This document shows positions 32,182 to 42,392 of a stretch of 64,000 nt of DNA, piece by piece. The notes beneath the pieces were generated by a model that worked only from the letters and a program-made list of their open reading frames with translations, did no database searches and was not told the origin of the DNA. The stretch spans positions 972,304-1,036,303 of the forward strand of contig CAVVUN010000015.1 in NCBI GenBank assembly GCA_963751455.1, read 5' to 3'. Origin of the DNA: Nitrospirota bacterium (GTDB lineage Bacteria; Nitrospirota; UBA9217). The position numbers and the translations under genes were made by a program. Numbering within the stretch: position 1 is the stretch's first letter; every line of letters starts with the position of its first letter.

Positions 32182-32730
32182 ATGTCGAGGGTTGGTAGAA
32201 AACCTATAGAAATGCCGTCCGGTGTAGAGGCAAAGCTGGAAACGGGAAAAATAACCGTCAAAGGCCCACTGGGAGAAATCACGCAGACTGTAAATCCGAA
32301 GCTCACGATCAAGAAGGAAAACAATCAGCTTCTGATTTTGCGGCCTTCTGACCAGAAGATTTACCGCGAGCTCCATGGGCTGACCAGAAACCTGGTTGCA
32401 AACATGGTACTTGGCGTCAGCAAAGGATTTCAAAAAACGTTGGACATCTCCGGCGTCGGTTTCAAAGCCGCTGCGCAGGGGACGAATCTGATGCTCAGCC
32501 TCGGATTCTCCCATCCGATCGTATATCCGTTACCCAAGGGCGTCAAGGCGACCGTCGATGCCAAGCAGACGCAAATAACCCTGAAGAGCGTCGACAAGCA
32601 GTTGGTCGGCCAGATAGCGGCTAATTTGAGAAGCCTGAAAAAGCCTGAGCCATATAAAGGCAAGGGTATCAAGTATAGTAACGAGGTTATACAGCGCAAG
32701 GAAGGCAAGGCCGGAAAGGGCGGAAAGTAA
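32182..32730 (+). CDS. rplF: 50S ribosomal protein L6
   Basis: 182 aa. MSRVGRKPIEMPSGV. Confidence 0.97.
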   Translation: MSRVGRKPIEMPSGVEAKLETGKITVKGPLGEITQTVNPKLTIKKENNQLLILRPSDQKIYRELHGLTRNLVANMVLGVSKGFQKTLDISGVGFKAAAQGTNLMLSLGFSHPIVYPLPKGVKATVDAKQTQITLKSVDKQLVGQIAANLRSLKKPEPYKGKGIKYSNEVIQRKEGKAGKGGK

Positions 32731-32808
32731 GAAAGTTAATGCTGATAGTTCATCGCAATCTTTTGACACAAGCTAGAGCATAAGTTGATTTGATGGGAGA
32801 GTGAAATT

Positions 32809-33171
32809 GTGGCACACACCAAAGTTAAAGCCAGACAGAAACGGCATGCAAGAATAAGAAGAAAGGTGTTCGGCACGCCCGCCAAACCCCGCTTGAGCGT
32901 CTATAAGAGCTTGAGCCATATCTATGTGCAGCTGATAGACGACACCAGCGGCAGGACGATCATCGCAGCGTCCTCGGCGGAGAAGGCGGTCGCGACAGGT
33001 ATGAAGCACTGCGGCAACGTAGAGGCCGCAAAAAAGGTGGGTGCCAGCATAGCAGAGCGGGCGGTGGACAAAAATATTAAAGATGTAGTTTTTGACAGGG
33101 GTGGATATCAATACCACGGGTGTGTAAAGGCGCTTGCCGAGGCTGCCCGTGAAAAAGGTTTGAAGTTCTAA
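32809..33171 (+). CDS. rplR: 50S ribosomal protein L18
   Basis: 120 aa. GTG start; [18 protein letters not shown]...[10 protein letters not shown]. Confidence 0.95.
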   Translation: MAHTKVKARQKRHARIRRKVFGTPAKPRLSVYKSLSHIYVQLIDDTSGRTIIAASSAEKAVATGMKHCGNVEAAKKVGASIAERAVDKNIKDVVFDRGGYQYHGCVKALAEAAREKGLKF

Positions 33172-33235
33172 GGAAACCCGGCATTTTTGCCATAAATGAA
33201 TTTGTTGTTTAACAGGGTTAATTTCGGAGGCGGCA

Positions 33236-33745
33236 TTGGCAGAGCGATATAAAAAAGACGCAGAAGAAGGCGACGGCCTTAAAGATAAACTGGTCTACCT
33301 GAACCGGGTGGCCAAGGTGGTCAAAGGCGGTAAGCGCTTCAACTTTACCGCTCTCGTAGTCGTCGGCGATGGCAAAGGTAAAATCGGCGTCGGCAAAGGA
33401 AAGGCAGCCGAGGCGCCCGTGGCAATCAAAAAAGCAGTGGAGCGGGCAAAGAAAAATATGGTCCTCGTTTCCTTAAAGGGAGACACGATCCCGCACGAAG
33501 TGCTTGGGCACTATGGGGCCGGCAAGGTTTTGTTGAAACCGGCATCGGAAGGTACCGGATTGATTGCGGGCGGCGCCAGCCGGTCGGTGCTGGAAGTAGT
33601 CGGCGTCCGAAACGTATTGTGCAAATCCCTCGGCTCGAGCAACCCGCACAACGTTGTCAGCGCGACCATCAAGGGATTGACCAGTTTGAGAAGCGCCGAA
33701 CAGGTAGCAGCACTGCGCGGCAGATCGGTGGAGGAGCTTGGCTAA
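33236..33745 (+). CDS. rpsE: 30S ribosomal protein S5
   Basis: 169 aa. [26 protein letters not shown]. Confidence 0.97.
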   Translation: MAERYKKDAEEGDGLKDKLVYLNRVAKVVKGGKRFNFTALVVVGDGKGKIGVGKGKAAEAPVAIKKAVERAKKNMVLVSLKGDTIPHEVLGHYGAGKVLLKPASEGTGLIAGGASRSVLEVVGVRNVLCKSLGSSNPHNVVSATIKGLTSLRSAEQVAALRGRSVEELG

Positions 33746-33939
33746 TGGCGAAATCCGACGCAAAAAAAATAAAAATTACGCTCGTAAAAAGCGGGATCGC
33801 CAGGCCCGGGAAGCACAAGGTTGTTTTAATCGGACTCGGTCTTAAAAAACTCAATCATTTCGTGGTTCGTCTGGATACGCCGGAAATCCGGGGCATGATT
33901 AACAAAGTTTCGCACCTCGTAAACGTTGAAGAAGCGTAA
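33745..33939 (+). CDS. rpmD: 50S ribosomal protein L30
   Basis: 64 aa. ATG overlaps the rpsE stop (TAATG); [28 protein letters not shown]. Confidence 0.9.
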   Translation: MAKSDAKKIKITLVKSGIARPGKHKVVLIGLGLKKLNHFVVRLDTPEIRGMINKVSHLVNVEEA

Positions 33940-33975
33940 TATAAAAAACTTCAGAATGACGGTTGTGATAAAACT

Positions 33976-34416
33976 ATGAGACTAGAAGAACTGAAGCCCG
34001 CAGAAGGGGCAACAAAAAAAGCAAAAAGGGTCGGCAGGGGAGTCGGTTCAGGATCCGGCAAGACTGCGGGAAAAGGTCATAAAGGCCAGAAGGCACGATC
34101 CGGCGGTGTGAAGGGCGCGGGTTTTGAAGGCGGGCAAATGCCGCTTCAGCGCAGAATACCGAAAAGAGGATTTACAAACATATTCCGGAAGGAATATGCA
34201 ATTTTGAATCTTGACGACCTCGCAAAGCTTGCAGGTTCCGATGCGGTAACGCCCGAGATGCTTCTTGAGAAGGGTTTGATTGACGATATGAAGAGCGGGC
34301 TGAAAATTCTAGGTATGGGGGAATTGAAGACAAAGCTTACCGTGCGTGCACACAAGTTCAGCAAGAGCGCCGTACAAAAAATCGAGGCTGCAGGCGGAAA
34401 GGCAGAGGTGATTTAA
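33976..34416 (+). CDS. rplO: 50S ribosomal protein L15
   Basis: 146 aa. [26 protein letters not shown]. Confidence 0.97.
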   Translation: MRLEELKPAEGATKKAKRVGRGVGSGSGKTAGKGHKGQKARSGGVKGAGFEGGQMPLQRRIPKRGFTNIFRKEYAILNLDDLAKLAGSDAVTPEMLLEKGLIDDMKSGLKILGMGELKTKLTVRAHKFSKSAVQKIEAAGGKAEVI

Positions 34417-34419
34417 CTC

Positions 34420-35718
34420 GTGTTCTCCGCTCTCAAGAATATATTCAACATCCCCGAGCTCAGAAAGCGGGTTATTTTCACGCTATTGATGATGGCGGTG
34501 TACCGCGTTGGCGCGCATATCCCGACGCCCGGAATCAAGGGCGAAGCCCTCAGTCAATATCTGCACCAGGCAGCTTCCGGCCTGATGGGTTTTTTTGACA
34601 TGTTTTCCGGCGGAGCATTGTCCCGAGTGACGATTTTTGCGCTTGGCATTATGCCCTATATAACTGCCTCCATTGTGCTGCAGCTTTTGACTGTCGTGAT
34701 ACCCCGGCTTCAGGCCCTGGCTAAAGAAGGTGAGGCGGGCAGAAAAAAGATCACAGAATATACACGGTACGGAACGGTTCTGATTTCCGGTTTCCAGTCC
34801 TTCTGGATGGCGGTAGGTATCGAAAAGATGGGAGATGGAGCGTTTGTGGATGCTCCGGGATGGTCGTTCCGCATTCTTACGATGATTACTCTTACCGCGG
34901 GCACAACCTTCATTATGTGGCTGGGTGAACAGATTACCGAGCGCGGCATCGGCAACGGTATTTCGCTTATTATTTTTGCCGGAATTGTCGCGGGGTTTCC
35001 CAGTGCGGTGCAGAATACCATCGGGCTGGTTCGTTCCGGCGAAATTTCGTATTTTATGGTTTTTCTGATCATGGGGCTGATCATCGCCGTTGTTGCAGCG
35101 ATCATTATTATGGAGCGCGGCCAGAGAAAAATTGCTGTCCAATATGCGCAAAGAATGGTCGGCAGGAAAATTTATAAAGGGCAGAGCACACACTTGCCGC
35201 TCAAGATTAATTCTGCGGGTGTCATTCCGCCGATATTCGCATCATCCATACTGCTGTTCCCGGCCACTATTGCCGGGTTCGCACAGGTAGAGTGGATCCA
35301 GTCAATCGCAAAGCAGCTTTCACCCGGACAAGTCCTCTACACGACTGTATATGTGGCAATGATCATATTCTTTGCCTATTTTTATACAGCGATCGTTTTT
35401 AATCCGGTAGACATTGCCGAGAATTTGAAAAAATACGGAGGTTTCATCCCTGGAATCAGGCCGGGCAAAAAAACCTCAGATTATCTGTACCGTGTTTTAA
35501 CGCGCATTACCCTGGGTGGAGCGCTTTATCTGTCGGCGGTCTGTGTGCTCCCCGACATATTTTACAAAGCGTTTAACGTTCCGTTTTATTTCGGCGGCAC
35601 ATCGCTGCTTATCGTAATAGGCGTGGCACTCGATACCGTTTCTCAGATCGAGTCCCATTTGATCCAGCGGCATTACGGAGGTTTCCTGAAGGGCGTTTCA
35701 GTCAAGGGTAGACGGTGA
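34420..35718 (+). CDS. secY: Preprotein translocase subunit SecY
   Basis: 432 aa, 10-TM pattern. GIMPYITASIVLQLL; GTG start. Confidence 0.97.
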   Translation: MFSALKNIFNIPELRKRVIFTLLMMAVYRVGAHIPTPGIKGEALSQYLHQAASGLMGFFDMFSGGALSRVTIFALGIMPYITASIVLQLLTVVIPRLQALAKEGEAGRKKITEYTRYGTVLISGFQSFWMAVGIEKMGDGAFVDAPGWSFRILTMITLTAGTTFIMWLGEQITERGIGNGISLIIFAGIVAGFPSAVQNTIGLVRSGEISYFMVFLIMGLIIAVVAAIIIMERGQRKIAVQYAQRMVGRKIYKGQSTHLPLKINSAGVIPPIFASSILLFPATIAGFAQVEWIQSIAKQLSPGQVLYTTVYVAMIIFFAYFYTAIVFNPVDIAENLKKYGGFIPGIRPGKKTSDYLYRVLTRITLGGALYLSAVCVLPDIFYKAFNVPFYFGGTSLLIVIGVALDTVSQIESHLIQRHYGGFLKGVSVKGRR

Positions 35719-35733
35719 CATAGGTCCTGTCCC

Positions 35734-36483
35734 ATGATTATTCTTAAGTCCCATCAGGAGATTGAAAAAATACGCAGTGCGTGCCTGGTTGTTGCAACTG
35801 TGCTTGAAGATATCCGCGATATTATCAAGCCCGGCGTAACCACGCAGGCCCTCGACGAATTTGCCGAGAAGATAATTGTTTCCTCGGGAGCAACGCCGGC
35901 TTTCAAGGGTTACCGCGGCTACCCGAAGACGCTCTGTACGTCGCTCAATGATCAGGTCGTCCACGGAATTCCCTCAAGAAATGTAGTTCTCAAAGAGGGA
36001 GACATCTTAAGCGTGGATGTCGGCGCCATTGTCGAGGGATTTTTCGGCGATGCAGCAATGACCTTTCCGGTAGGGACGGTTCGGCCGGAAGCCGCGCGGT
36101 TGATCCAGATAACGGAAGAAGCACTGCGGAAGGGTATTGCCGAGGCAAAGCAAGGGAACAGGTTGTTTGACATCTCCAGTGCGGTTCAGAAACATGTGGA
36201 AGCAAACAGGTACTCGGTGGTAAGGGAATTTGTCGGTCACGGGATCGGAAGAAATATGCACGAAGATCCGCAGATTCCCAACTTCGGAGAACCCGGACAC
36301 GGCCCCAGGATAAAGTCTGGAATGGTCTTTGCGATTGAACCGATGGTAAATATGGGCAATAGCCCTACAATCGTATTGGAGGACGGATGGACTGCGGTGA
36401 CCGTAGACGGCAGTCTTTCAGCCCACTTTGAGCATACGGTCGCAGTGATGCCTGAAGGACCATGGATACTGACTCGGAAATAA
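35734..36483 (+). CDS. map: Type I methionine aminopeptidase
   Basis: 249 aa. VVHGIP, DVGA, FVGHGIG, FAIEPM, HFEHTV metal-ligand blocks. No adk lies between secY and map. Confidence 0.95.
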   Translation: MIILKSHQEIEKIRSACLVVATVLEDIRDIIKPGVTTQALDEFAEKIIVSSGATPAFKGYRGYPKTLCTSLNDQVVHGIPSRNVVLKEGDILSVDVGAIVEGFFGDAAMTFPVGTVRPEAARLIQITEEALRKGIAEAKQGNRLFDISSAVQKHVEANRYSVVREFVGHGIGRNMHEDPQIPNFGEPGHGPRIKSGMVFAIEPMVNMGNSPTIVLEDGWTAVTVDGSLSAHFEHTVAVMPEGPWILTRK

Positions 36484-36502
36484 CCATCAGATTAGAGACG
36501 AT

Positions 36503-36721
36503 ATGGCGAAGGAAGATTCAATAGAAGTACAAGGCACGGTTCTTGAAACACTGCCGAATGCGATGTTTCGCGTCGAAATAGAAAACGGCCATAAGATTCT
36601 TGCTCATATATCCGGTAAAATGCGAATGCATTTCATAAAGATATTACCGGGAGACAAAGTTACGGTGGAACTTACCCCGTATGACCTTACGCGAGGCAGA
36701 ATTACATACCGCTTCAAATAA
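36503..36721 (+). CDS. infA: Translation initiation factor IF-1
   Basis: 72 aa. [30 protein letters not shown]-type sequence. Confidence 0.97.
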   Translation: MAKEDSIEVQGTVLETLPNAMFRVEIENGHKILAHISGKMRMHFIKILPGDKVTVELTPYDLTRGRITYRFK

Positions 36722-36758
36722 CAGAGAGGTTTATAACCTCAACAGAATGGAATTACCC

Positions 36759-36872
36759 ATGAAAGTTCGCTCATCAGTACGAAAAATTTGTCCGAAATGC
36801 TCTATCATCCGCCGCAAAGGAATTGTGCGCGTTATCTGTGAAAATGCGCGCCATAAGCAGCGCCAGGGTTAG
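36759..36872 (+). CDS. rpmJ: 50S ribosomal protein L36 (zinc form)
   Basis: 37 aa. [37 protein letters not shown] (internal ATG of track ORF 36681-36872). Confidence 0.95.
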   Translation: MKVRSSVRKICPKCSIIRRKGIVRVICENARHKQRQG

Positions 36873-36890
36873 GGAAGGACGACTGATTCA

Positions 36891-36952
36891 TTGTAAAGTG
36901 CAAATTGGAAATTGAAATTGTGAAACGAAAATTTGCAATTTAAACTTTACAA
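36891..36952. repeat. AT-rich imperfect palindrome (gcaaatt/aatttgc type) upstream of rpsM
   Basis: ttgtaaagtgcaaatt (36891-36906) pairs with aatttgca...ctttacaa (36930-36952, 7-nt bulge). A related gcaaat...atttgc element lies at 1351-1380. Confidence 0.5.
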
Positions 36953-36994
36953 TTTTTATTATGCAATTCTCGCGAAGCGAGAAATGGAGGAACT

Positions 36995-37387
36995 GTGGCA
37001 CGAATTGCCGGTGTTGATCTACCGAAAGATAAAAAGATAGAAATCGGTCTGACCTATATTTATGGTATAGGTCCGGCATCAGCGAAAAAGATACTTGCTG
37101 AAGCAGGAGTCGACCCTGCTACGAAAAGCGGGAGCATTACCGAATCGGATATTGTTAAAATCCGCGCCATTCTCGATCGTAATTATACAATCGAAGGAGA
37201 CCTTCGCAGAGACGTAACAATGAACATCAAGCGCTTGATGGATATCGGCAGTTACCGGGGGCTGCGGCATCGCAGGGGCTTGCCTGCCCGGGGACAGCGA
37301 ACCAAAACAAACGCGAGAACAAGAAAAGGTCCGAAGAAATCGGCGATGTCAGGTAGAGGCAAGAAAAAAGGAATGTCAAAGAAGTAA
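36995..37387 (+). CDS. rpsM: 30S ribosomal protein S13
   Basis: 130 aa. GTG start; [14 protein letters not shown]. Confidence 0.97.
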   Translation: MARIAGVDLPKDKKIEIGLTYIYGIGPASAKKILAEAGVDPATKSGSITESDIVKIRAILDRNYTIEGDLRRDVTMNIKRLMDIGSYRGLRHRRGLPARGQRTKTNARTRKGPKKSAMSGRGKKKGMSKK

Positions 37388-37431
37388 GATGGGACAGCTA
37401 AACACGAATTCCACGTGTTTCTCAAGGAGGA

Positions 37432-37809
37432 ATGATGGCCAAGAAGGGTAAAGAGAGAAAGAACGTGGCCAACGGTATTGCGCATATTCATGCATCGTTC
37501 AATAATACGATCGTGACGATCACGGACACAGCAGGAAATGTTATTACGTGGTCGAGCGCCGGCAATAAAGGGTTTAAGGGGTCGCGCAAGAGTACGCCGT
37601 TCGCCTCTCAGCTGGCCGCAGAATCAGCAGCCAAGAAAGCCATGGAGCACGGCATGAGACAGGTGGAAGTGTATGTAAAAGGCCCTGGGACCGGTCGGGA
37701 ATCGGCAATCCGCTCCATCCAGGCTGCCGGACTCGAAATTGTGGCGATCAAGGACGTAACTCCTATCCCTCATAACGGGTGCAGGCCGCCGAAACGAAGA
37801 AGGGTGTAG
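37432..37809 (+). CDS. rpsK: 30S ribosomal protein S11
   Basis: 125 aa. [18 protein letters not shown]. Confidence 0.97.
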   Translation: MMAKKGKERKNVANGIAHIHASFNNTIVTITDTAGNVITWSSAGNKGFKGSRKSTPFASQLAAESAAKKAMEHGMRQVEVYVKGPGTGRESAIRSIQAAGLEIVAIKDVTPIPHNGCRPPKRRRV

Positions 37810-37883
37810 GCATTGAATTAAAGTTTATATAAGAAAATTGATTAACATTTTCAATTTTTCAAAGCGAGAAACGGAGGAAACAC

Positions 37884-38513
37884 TTGGCACGGTATATAGG
37901 ATCGGTCTGCAAGCTCTGCAGAAGAGAGGGCATCAAACTCTTTTTGAAGGCCGAGCGTTGCTTTACAGATAAATGCGCGGTCACCAGGCGCAGCTATCCT
38001 CCCGGACAGCATGGCCAGGGCAGGATTAAACAGTCGGAATACAGCTTGCAGCTTAGAGAAAAGCAGAAAATTAGGCGTATTTACGGTGTGCTTGAACGTC
38101 AATTTCGCGGATATTTTGAGAAGGCTGAACGCATGAAAGGCGTAACCGGCGATAATCTGCTTCAGCTCCTTGAGAGAAGACTTGATAGTGTCGTACAGCG
38201 GATGGGTTTTGCCGGTGCTAAGAAAGAGGCGCGCCAGCTGGTACGGCATGGGCATATGCTTGTGAACGGGAGAAAAGTTAACATTCCTTCCTATCTGCTT
38301 AAGGCCGGCGATGTCGTGGAATTGCGTGAAAAAAGCAGGAGCATCGCACTGATACAGCAGAGTTTGGCCGCAGTAGAGAAGCGCGGCTTCCCCTCATGGC
38401 TTGAAATCGATAAGTCTCTGTTCAAGGGCAGAGTGGTGGCATTGCCGGCCAGGGATGAATCGACCATGCCGACGGTCAAAGAGCAGTTGGTGGTCGAACT
38501 CTACTCAAAGTAA
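37884..38513 (+). CDS. rpsD: 30S ribosomal protein S4
   Basis: 209 aa. TTG start; [16 protein letters not shown]. Confidence 0.97.
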   Translation: MARYIGSVCKLCRREGIKLFLKAERCFTDKCAVTRRSYPPGQHGQGRIKQSEYSLQLREKQKIRRIYGVLERQFRGYFEKAERMKGVTGDNLLQLLERRLDSVVQRMGFAGAKKEARQLVRHGHMLVNGRKVNIPSYLLKAGDVVELREKSRSIALIQQSLAAVEKRGFPSWLEIDKSLFKGRVVALPARDESTMPTVKEQLVVELYSK

Positions 38514-38624
38514 TCTGGTAATTATTCCGTAATTATCGAGACTGACTATCTTAGCCTGGTTACATACATAGCCGGCGAAGAATCGGTTTCTTAATAAGTT
38601 CTTTCACTCCGCTATGGAGGAAAC

Positions 38625-39647
38625 ATGCTCAAAAAAGCCAAAGATTTTCAGATGCCAAAAAAACTTCAATATGACCCAAAAAAAATATCGGATACGTACG
38701 GAAAATTTGTTGCAGAGCCGCTTGAGCGTGGGTTCGGGACGACTTTGGGCAATTCTTTGCGCAGGGTTTTGCTGTCGTCACTTGAAGGTTCCGCCATCAC
38801 TTCATTGAAGATTTCGGGAGTTCAGCACGAATTTTCGAGCATCCCGGGGGTGATTGAGGATACTACCGATTTAATTCTGAACTTGAAAGAAATCAGGCTG
38901 AAACTGCATACGGACAAGCCGAAGACGCTGTTACTGAAGGGCAAAGGGCCGGGGCCGGTCACTGCAAAAGAAATTGAAGCAGATGCAGAGGTAGAAATTC
39001 TTAACCCTGACCTTCATCTTGCGACAATTGATAAGAACGGCAAACTGGAAGTTGAGATGCGTGCCCGGCGCGGCCGGGGTTATGTCGCATCGGACAAGAA
39101 CAAGGAACCGGGACAACCGATCGGTGTAATTCCGATCGATTCTATTTTCTCCCCGATCAGAAAAGTAAACTTTAAGGTCGAGAACGCAAGGGTCGGCCAG
39201 GATACGGACTACGATAAGCTTGTTCTCGAAGTTTGGACCGATGGGAGTATTCGCCCTGATGATGCAGTTGCGCATGCATCGAAGCTTTTAAAGGACCATC
39301 TTTCTATTTTCATACACCTGCCCGAGGAAGAAGAAGAGGCGCCTGCCATCGAGGAGGAGATCAAGAAGGTTCCCTCATTCAACGAAAATCTGCTTCGCAG
39401 CGTCAATGAACTGGAGCTTTCCGTCCGCGCGGCAAACTGCTTGAAAAACGCCGGGATTGAAACAATCGCGGAAATGGTGCAGAAGACAGAAAGCGAAATG
39501 CTCAAGACTAAAAACTTTGGAAGAAAGTCCCTGAATGAGATCAAAGAGATTCTTGCTGAAATGGGGCTTTCTCTGGGGATGAAGGTCGACGATAAAATTG
39601 TAACCGAGGCCAGAAGACTTCTGGCTGAAAAGCCGACAGAGGCTTAA
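38625..39647 (+). CDS. rpoA: DNA-directed RNA polymerase subunit alpha
   Basis: 340 aa. N-terminal domain plus C-terminal domain ([20 protein letters not shown]). Confidence 0.97.
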   Translation: MLKKAKDFQMPKKLQYDPKKISDTYGKFVAEPLERGFGTTLGNSLRRVLLSSLEGSAITSLKISGVQHEFSSIPGVIEDTTDLILNLKEIRLKLHTDKPKTLLLKGKGPGPVTAKEIEADAEVEILNPDLHLATIDKNGKLEVEMRARRGRGYVASDKNKEPGQPIGVIPIDSIFSPIRKVNFKVENARVGQDTDYDKLVLEVWTDGSIRPDDAVAHASKLLKDHLSIFIHLPEEEEEAPAIEEEIKKVPSFNENLLRSVNELELSVRAANCLKNAGIETIAEMVQKTESEMLKTKNFGRKSLNEIKEILAEMGLSLGMKVDDKIVTEARRLLAEKPTEA

Positions 39648-39675
39648 TCAATAACCGCAGGATGAAGGTAACGAT

Positions 39676-40086
39676 ATGAGACATGGTTGTGCAGGCAGAC
39701 AGTTTGGCAGAGATACGAGCCATCGAAAGGCGCTCCTCAGGATGCTCGTAAAATCGCTGTTGAAGAACGAAAAGATTGAGACGACGATAGCGAAGGCCAA
39801 GGAAATACGGCCTCTGGCTGAGAAAATGATCACGCTTGCCAAACGAGGTGATCTGCATGCCAGGCGCCAGGCGCTGAGTTTTATCAACGACGAGATAGTA
39901 GTAACGGGCTTATTTACGAAAATCGGGCCCCGTTTTGCTTCCCGAAGCGGCGGCTATACGAGGATCGTGCAGACCCGAACACGAGCCGGTGATGCAGCCT
40001 CGATGGCGGTTATTGAGCTTTTAGATCGAGAGAAAAAAGAATCCCCTGCTGATAAAGGAAAGGGAAAACCAAAACCGTCCTCTTAA
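39676..40086 (+). CDS. rplQ: 50S ribosomal protein L17
   Basis: 136 aa. [24 protein letters not shown]. Confidence 0.97.
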   Translation: MRHGCAGRQFGRDTSHRKALLRMLVKSLLKNEKIETTIAKAKEIRPLAEKMITLAKRGDLHARRQALSFINDEIVVTGLFTKIGPRFASRSGGYTRIVQTRTRAGDAASMAVIELLDREKKESPADKGKGKPKPSS

Positions 40087-40164
40087 AACAACCGGCTTTT
40101 TCGACTACATGCAGAGTGATGATGTGAACGGCTCTCGTATTCTTTTATGAATAGAGAGTTACTG

Positions 40165-40195
40165 AAGGCAAGGTTTATACCTTGCCTTTTTTATT
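40165..40195 (+). terminator. Rho-independent terminator closing the alpha operon
   Basis: aaggcaaggt-ttat-accttgcctt stem-loop followed by ttttatt. Confidence 0.8.
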
Positions 40196-40251
40196 GCGTT
40201 TACAGAAAGTTGCTTTTATGTTAAGATTAAATTCCCTAATCGGGTTTATCT

Positions 40252-42351
40252 ATGCCAGATAGAAAAAACATACTGTCTGTTTCCTCGCAGTACATTCGCC
40301 GCATTATAGACTGGTGGTTTACCAGTATAGCATTCAGGGTCTCCTTCTTCATGTCCGCCGCACTTACCGTCGTCGCTCTCCTGATCGGGGCATTCTTTTT
40401 CTGGCAAGGGGAAAAAGCACTCGACTCGGAGATCCGGGGCAGGGCACTTTATGTTGCAAAAGACGTGTCTGCGTCGAGCGTCGATGATATCCTTACCGTT
40501 AATAAGCTTGAGATTTATAAAAAACTCACCTCTCTCTTCACCGCGAACCAAGATTCTCCCTGGGGAAGCGATCTGCTGTATATCATGGCGTATAACCATA
40601 CCGGGGAATTGCTTATCGGAAGAAGCACTCATGATGTTTTTTTTAATAGTGACTCTTATTTTTACATGCAGCCCTCCAGCGATCGATCCTTTTTAGATGA
40701 TATATCTCTCACTCCGGAAGCGCTCAAAGTCAAAGGCCATATTTTCATAGTTCAAAAACCGGACATCTATGATTTAACGTTTCCGGTTATGACCGGAAGT
40801 GACCGAGTCGGCTTTATTCGTGTCGGGATTTCCGGACAGCGACACTCCGAAAAATTTTCTAACATCATGAAACAAGCACTAATCTCTCTTCTGGTCATGC
40901 TTCTCATAGGCATGGCATTCAGCCAGATTATTGCCCGCGGCATAACACGGCCGATACTACGCCTGAGCGAGGCTGCAGAAAACCTGAGTCGTCAAAATTG
41001 GGGCAGCCCGCTGCCTGTGAAAGGCAGAGACGAGATCAGCAAGCTAAGCCACGCTTTTAATCAGATGGCAATGAATCTCAATCAGCGGGAACACAGCCTG
41101 TCGCGCGGAAACAAGGATCTGTTTATTCTTCATACAGCCGGCTTGGACCTTATGGAGAGCCTTGAAATCGATACCCTGCTCCTGAAGATAGGAGCCCGCG
41201 CACAGGATCTGGTAAGGGCCGATACGACGTCGGTAGCGATCGTAGACGGGAATGAACGCGTTTTGAAGTATATAGGGGTATTGGGAAGTAAAGCAACGTC
41301 GCTTAAGGAGATGAACATGCCGCTCGAGTCTGGCGGTATTTATAATTGGCTTGCCTGTTACGGCACACCGCTTCTCATTGCCGATGCGCAAACCGATTTT
41401 CGGCTTGAAAAAAGCACTATGGCAGCGCTTGGCATCAATTCTCTCATGACGGTCCCCCTCTGGTCCTCAAACACTATGACCGGCCTTCTTACTGCCGTAA
41501 ATAAGAAAGGCGGCGCCTGTTTTGACAAGCATGACCTTCGTCTTTTTACGGTTTTTTCCAATCTTGCCGCGGCTGCACTGCAGAATGCGTCTCTGTATAC
41601 CGATTTAACCGGAAAAATGAACGAGCTCCGAGCCGCCCAAGAACAACTGATTCACTCAACAAAGATGGCTGCAATCGGCGAACTGGCTGCAAACGTTGCC
41701 CATGAAGTCAACAATCCGTTAACGAGCGTGCTTGGTTATACGACGCATCTCCTCAAGACGCTGGATCTTCCCGAATCCGCCAAGCGAATTCTTGGCATGA
41801 TGGAACAAGAGACGCTCAGAGTGAGAAAAATAATCCGTAATCTACTCGATTTTTCTCGCCAGAAAACAGGATGGATGAGACCTTATGATATTCTACTGCC
41901 GTTAAAAGAGACGGTCGCTTTCGTGCAGGGCGCAGCGGCGGCGTCATCGGTCAAAATCACTGAAGACTATTCAGCATGCCCGACAATTGTTACTATGGAC
42001 CCAAATGCGATGAAGCAGGTTTTTATCAACATTATTAATAATGCGCTGCAGGCAATGCCCGATGGCGGCGTGCTGTCTGTCCGGGCTACGACCGAAAATG
42101 ACAATCAAGTCGTGATCTCATTCCAGGATACAGGACTGGGAATATTGCCGGAAAATATGAAAAAGATATTTGAGCCTTTTTTCTCGACAAAAGAGAGCGG
42201 AGACGGAACCGGTCTTGGACTTTCGATCAGCTACAGTATTGTAAAAAATCATGGCGGCAGAATTGATGTCGAGAGCAACCTCGGCACCGGCAGCGTATTT
42301 AAGATCTTTCTACCGCTATTTAAAAATCCGACATATGCGCTTAAACAGTAA
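40252..42351 (+). CDS. Membrane sensor histidine kinase (2 TM, periplasmic domain, HAMP, GAF, HisKA, HATPase_c)
   Basis: 699 aa. Canonical H-box VAHEVNNPLTSVLGY, N-box QVFINIINNALQA, G1 DTGLGI, G2 GDGTGLGLS. Confidence 0.9.
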   Translation: MPDRKNILSVSSQYIRRIIDWWFTSIAFRVSFFMSAALTVVALLIGAFFFWQGEKALDSEIRGRALYVAKDVSASSVDDILTVNKLEIYKKLTSLFTANQDSPWGSDLLYIMAYNHTGELLIGRSTHDVFFNSDSYFYMQPSSDRSFLDDISLTPEALKVKGHIFIVQKPDIYDLTFPVMTGSDRVGFIRVGISGQRHSEKFSNIMKQALISLLVMLLIGMAFSQIIARGITRPILRLSEAAENLSRQNWGSPLPVKGRDEISKLSHAFNQMAMNLNQREHSLSRGNKDLFILHTAGLDLMESLEIDTLLLKIGARAQDLVRADTTSVAIVDGNERVLKYIGVLGSKATSLKEMNMPLESGGIYNWLACYGTPLLIADAQTDFRLEKSTMAALGINSLMTVPLWSSNTMTGLLTAVNKKGGACFDKHDLRLFTVFSNLAAAALQNASLYTDLTGKMNELRAAQEQLIHSTKMAAIGELAANVAHEVNNPLTSVLGYTTHLLKTLDLPESAKRILGMMEQETLRVRKIIRNLLDFSRQKTGWMRPYDILLPLKETVAFVQGAAAASSVKITEDYSACPTIVTMDPNAMKQVFINIINNALQAMPDGGVLSVRATTENDNQVVISFQDTGLGILPENMKKIFEPFFSTKESGDGTGLGLSISYSIVKNHGGRIDVESNLGTGSVFKIFLPLFKNPTYALKQ

Positions 42352-42392
42352 AGGGCGATGAACACAACGCGTGAGGTAGCTGATATAATGCA

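Noticed and set aside
35718-35734. Absence of adk between secY and map
   Set aside because: adk at this position is lineage-variable, and the 15-nt junction shows no remnant. It is not evidence of a deletion event.
30433-36872. Cys4/Cys3His motifs in L24, S14, L36 (and L33 at 8023-8175) as something unusual
   Set aside because: These are zinc-ribbon (C+) isoforms of ribosomal proteins, known for L33, S14 and L36, and (from memory) also seen in L24 of some thermophiles. They say something about zinc economy but are not novel.
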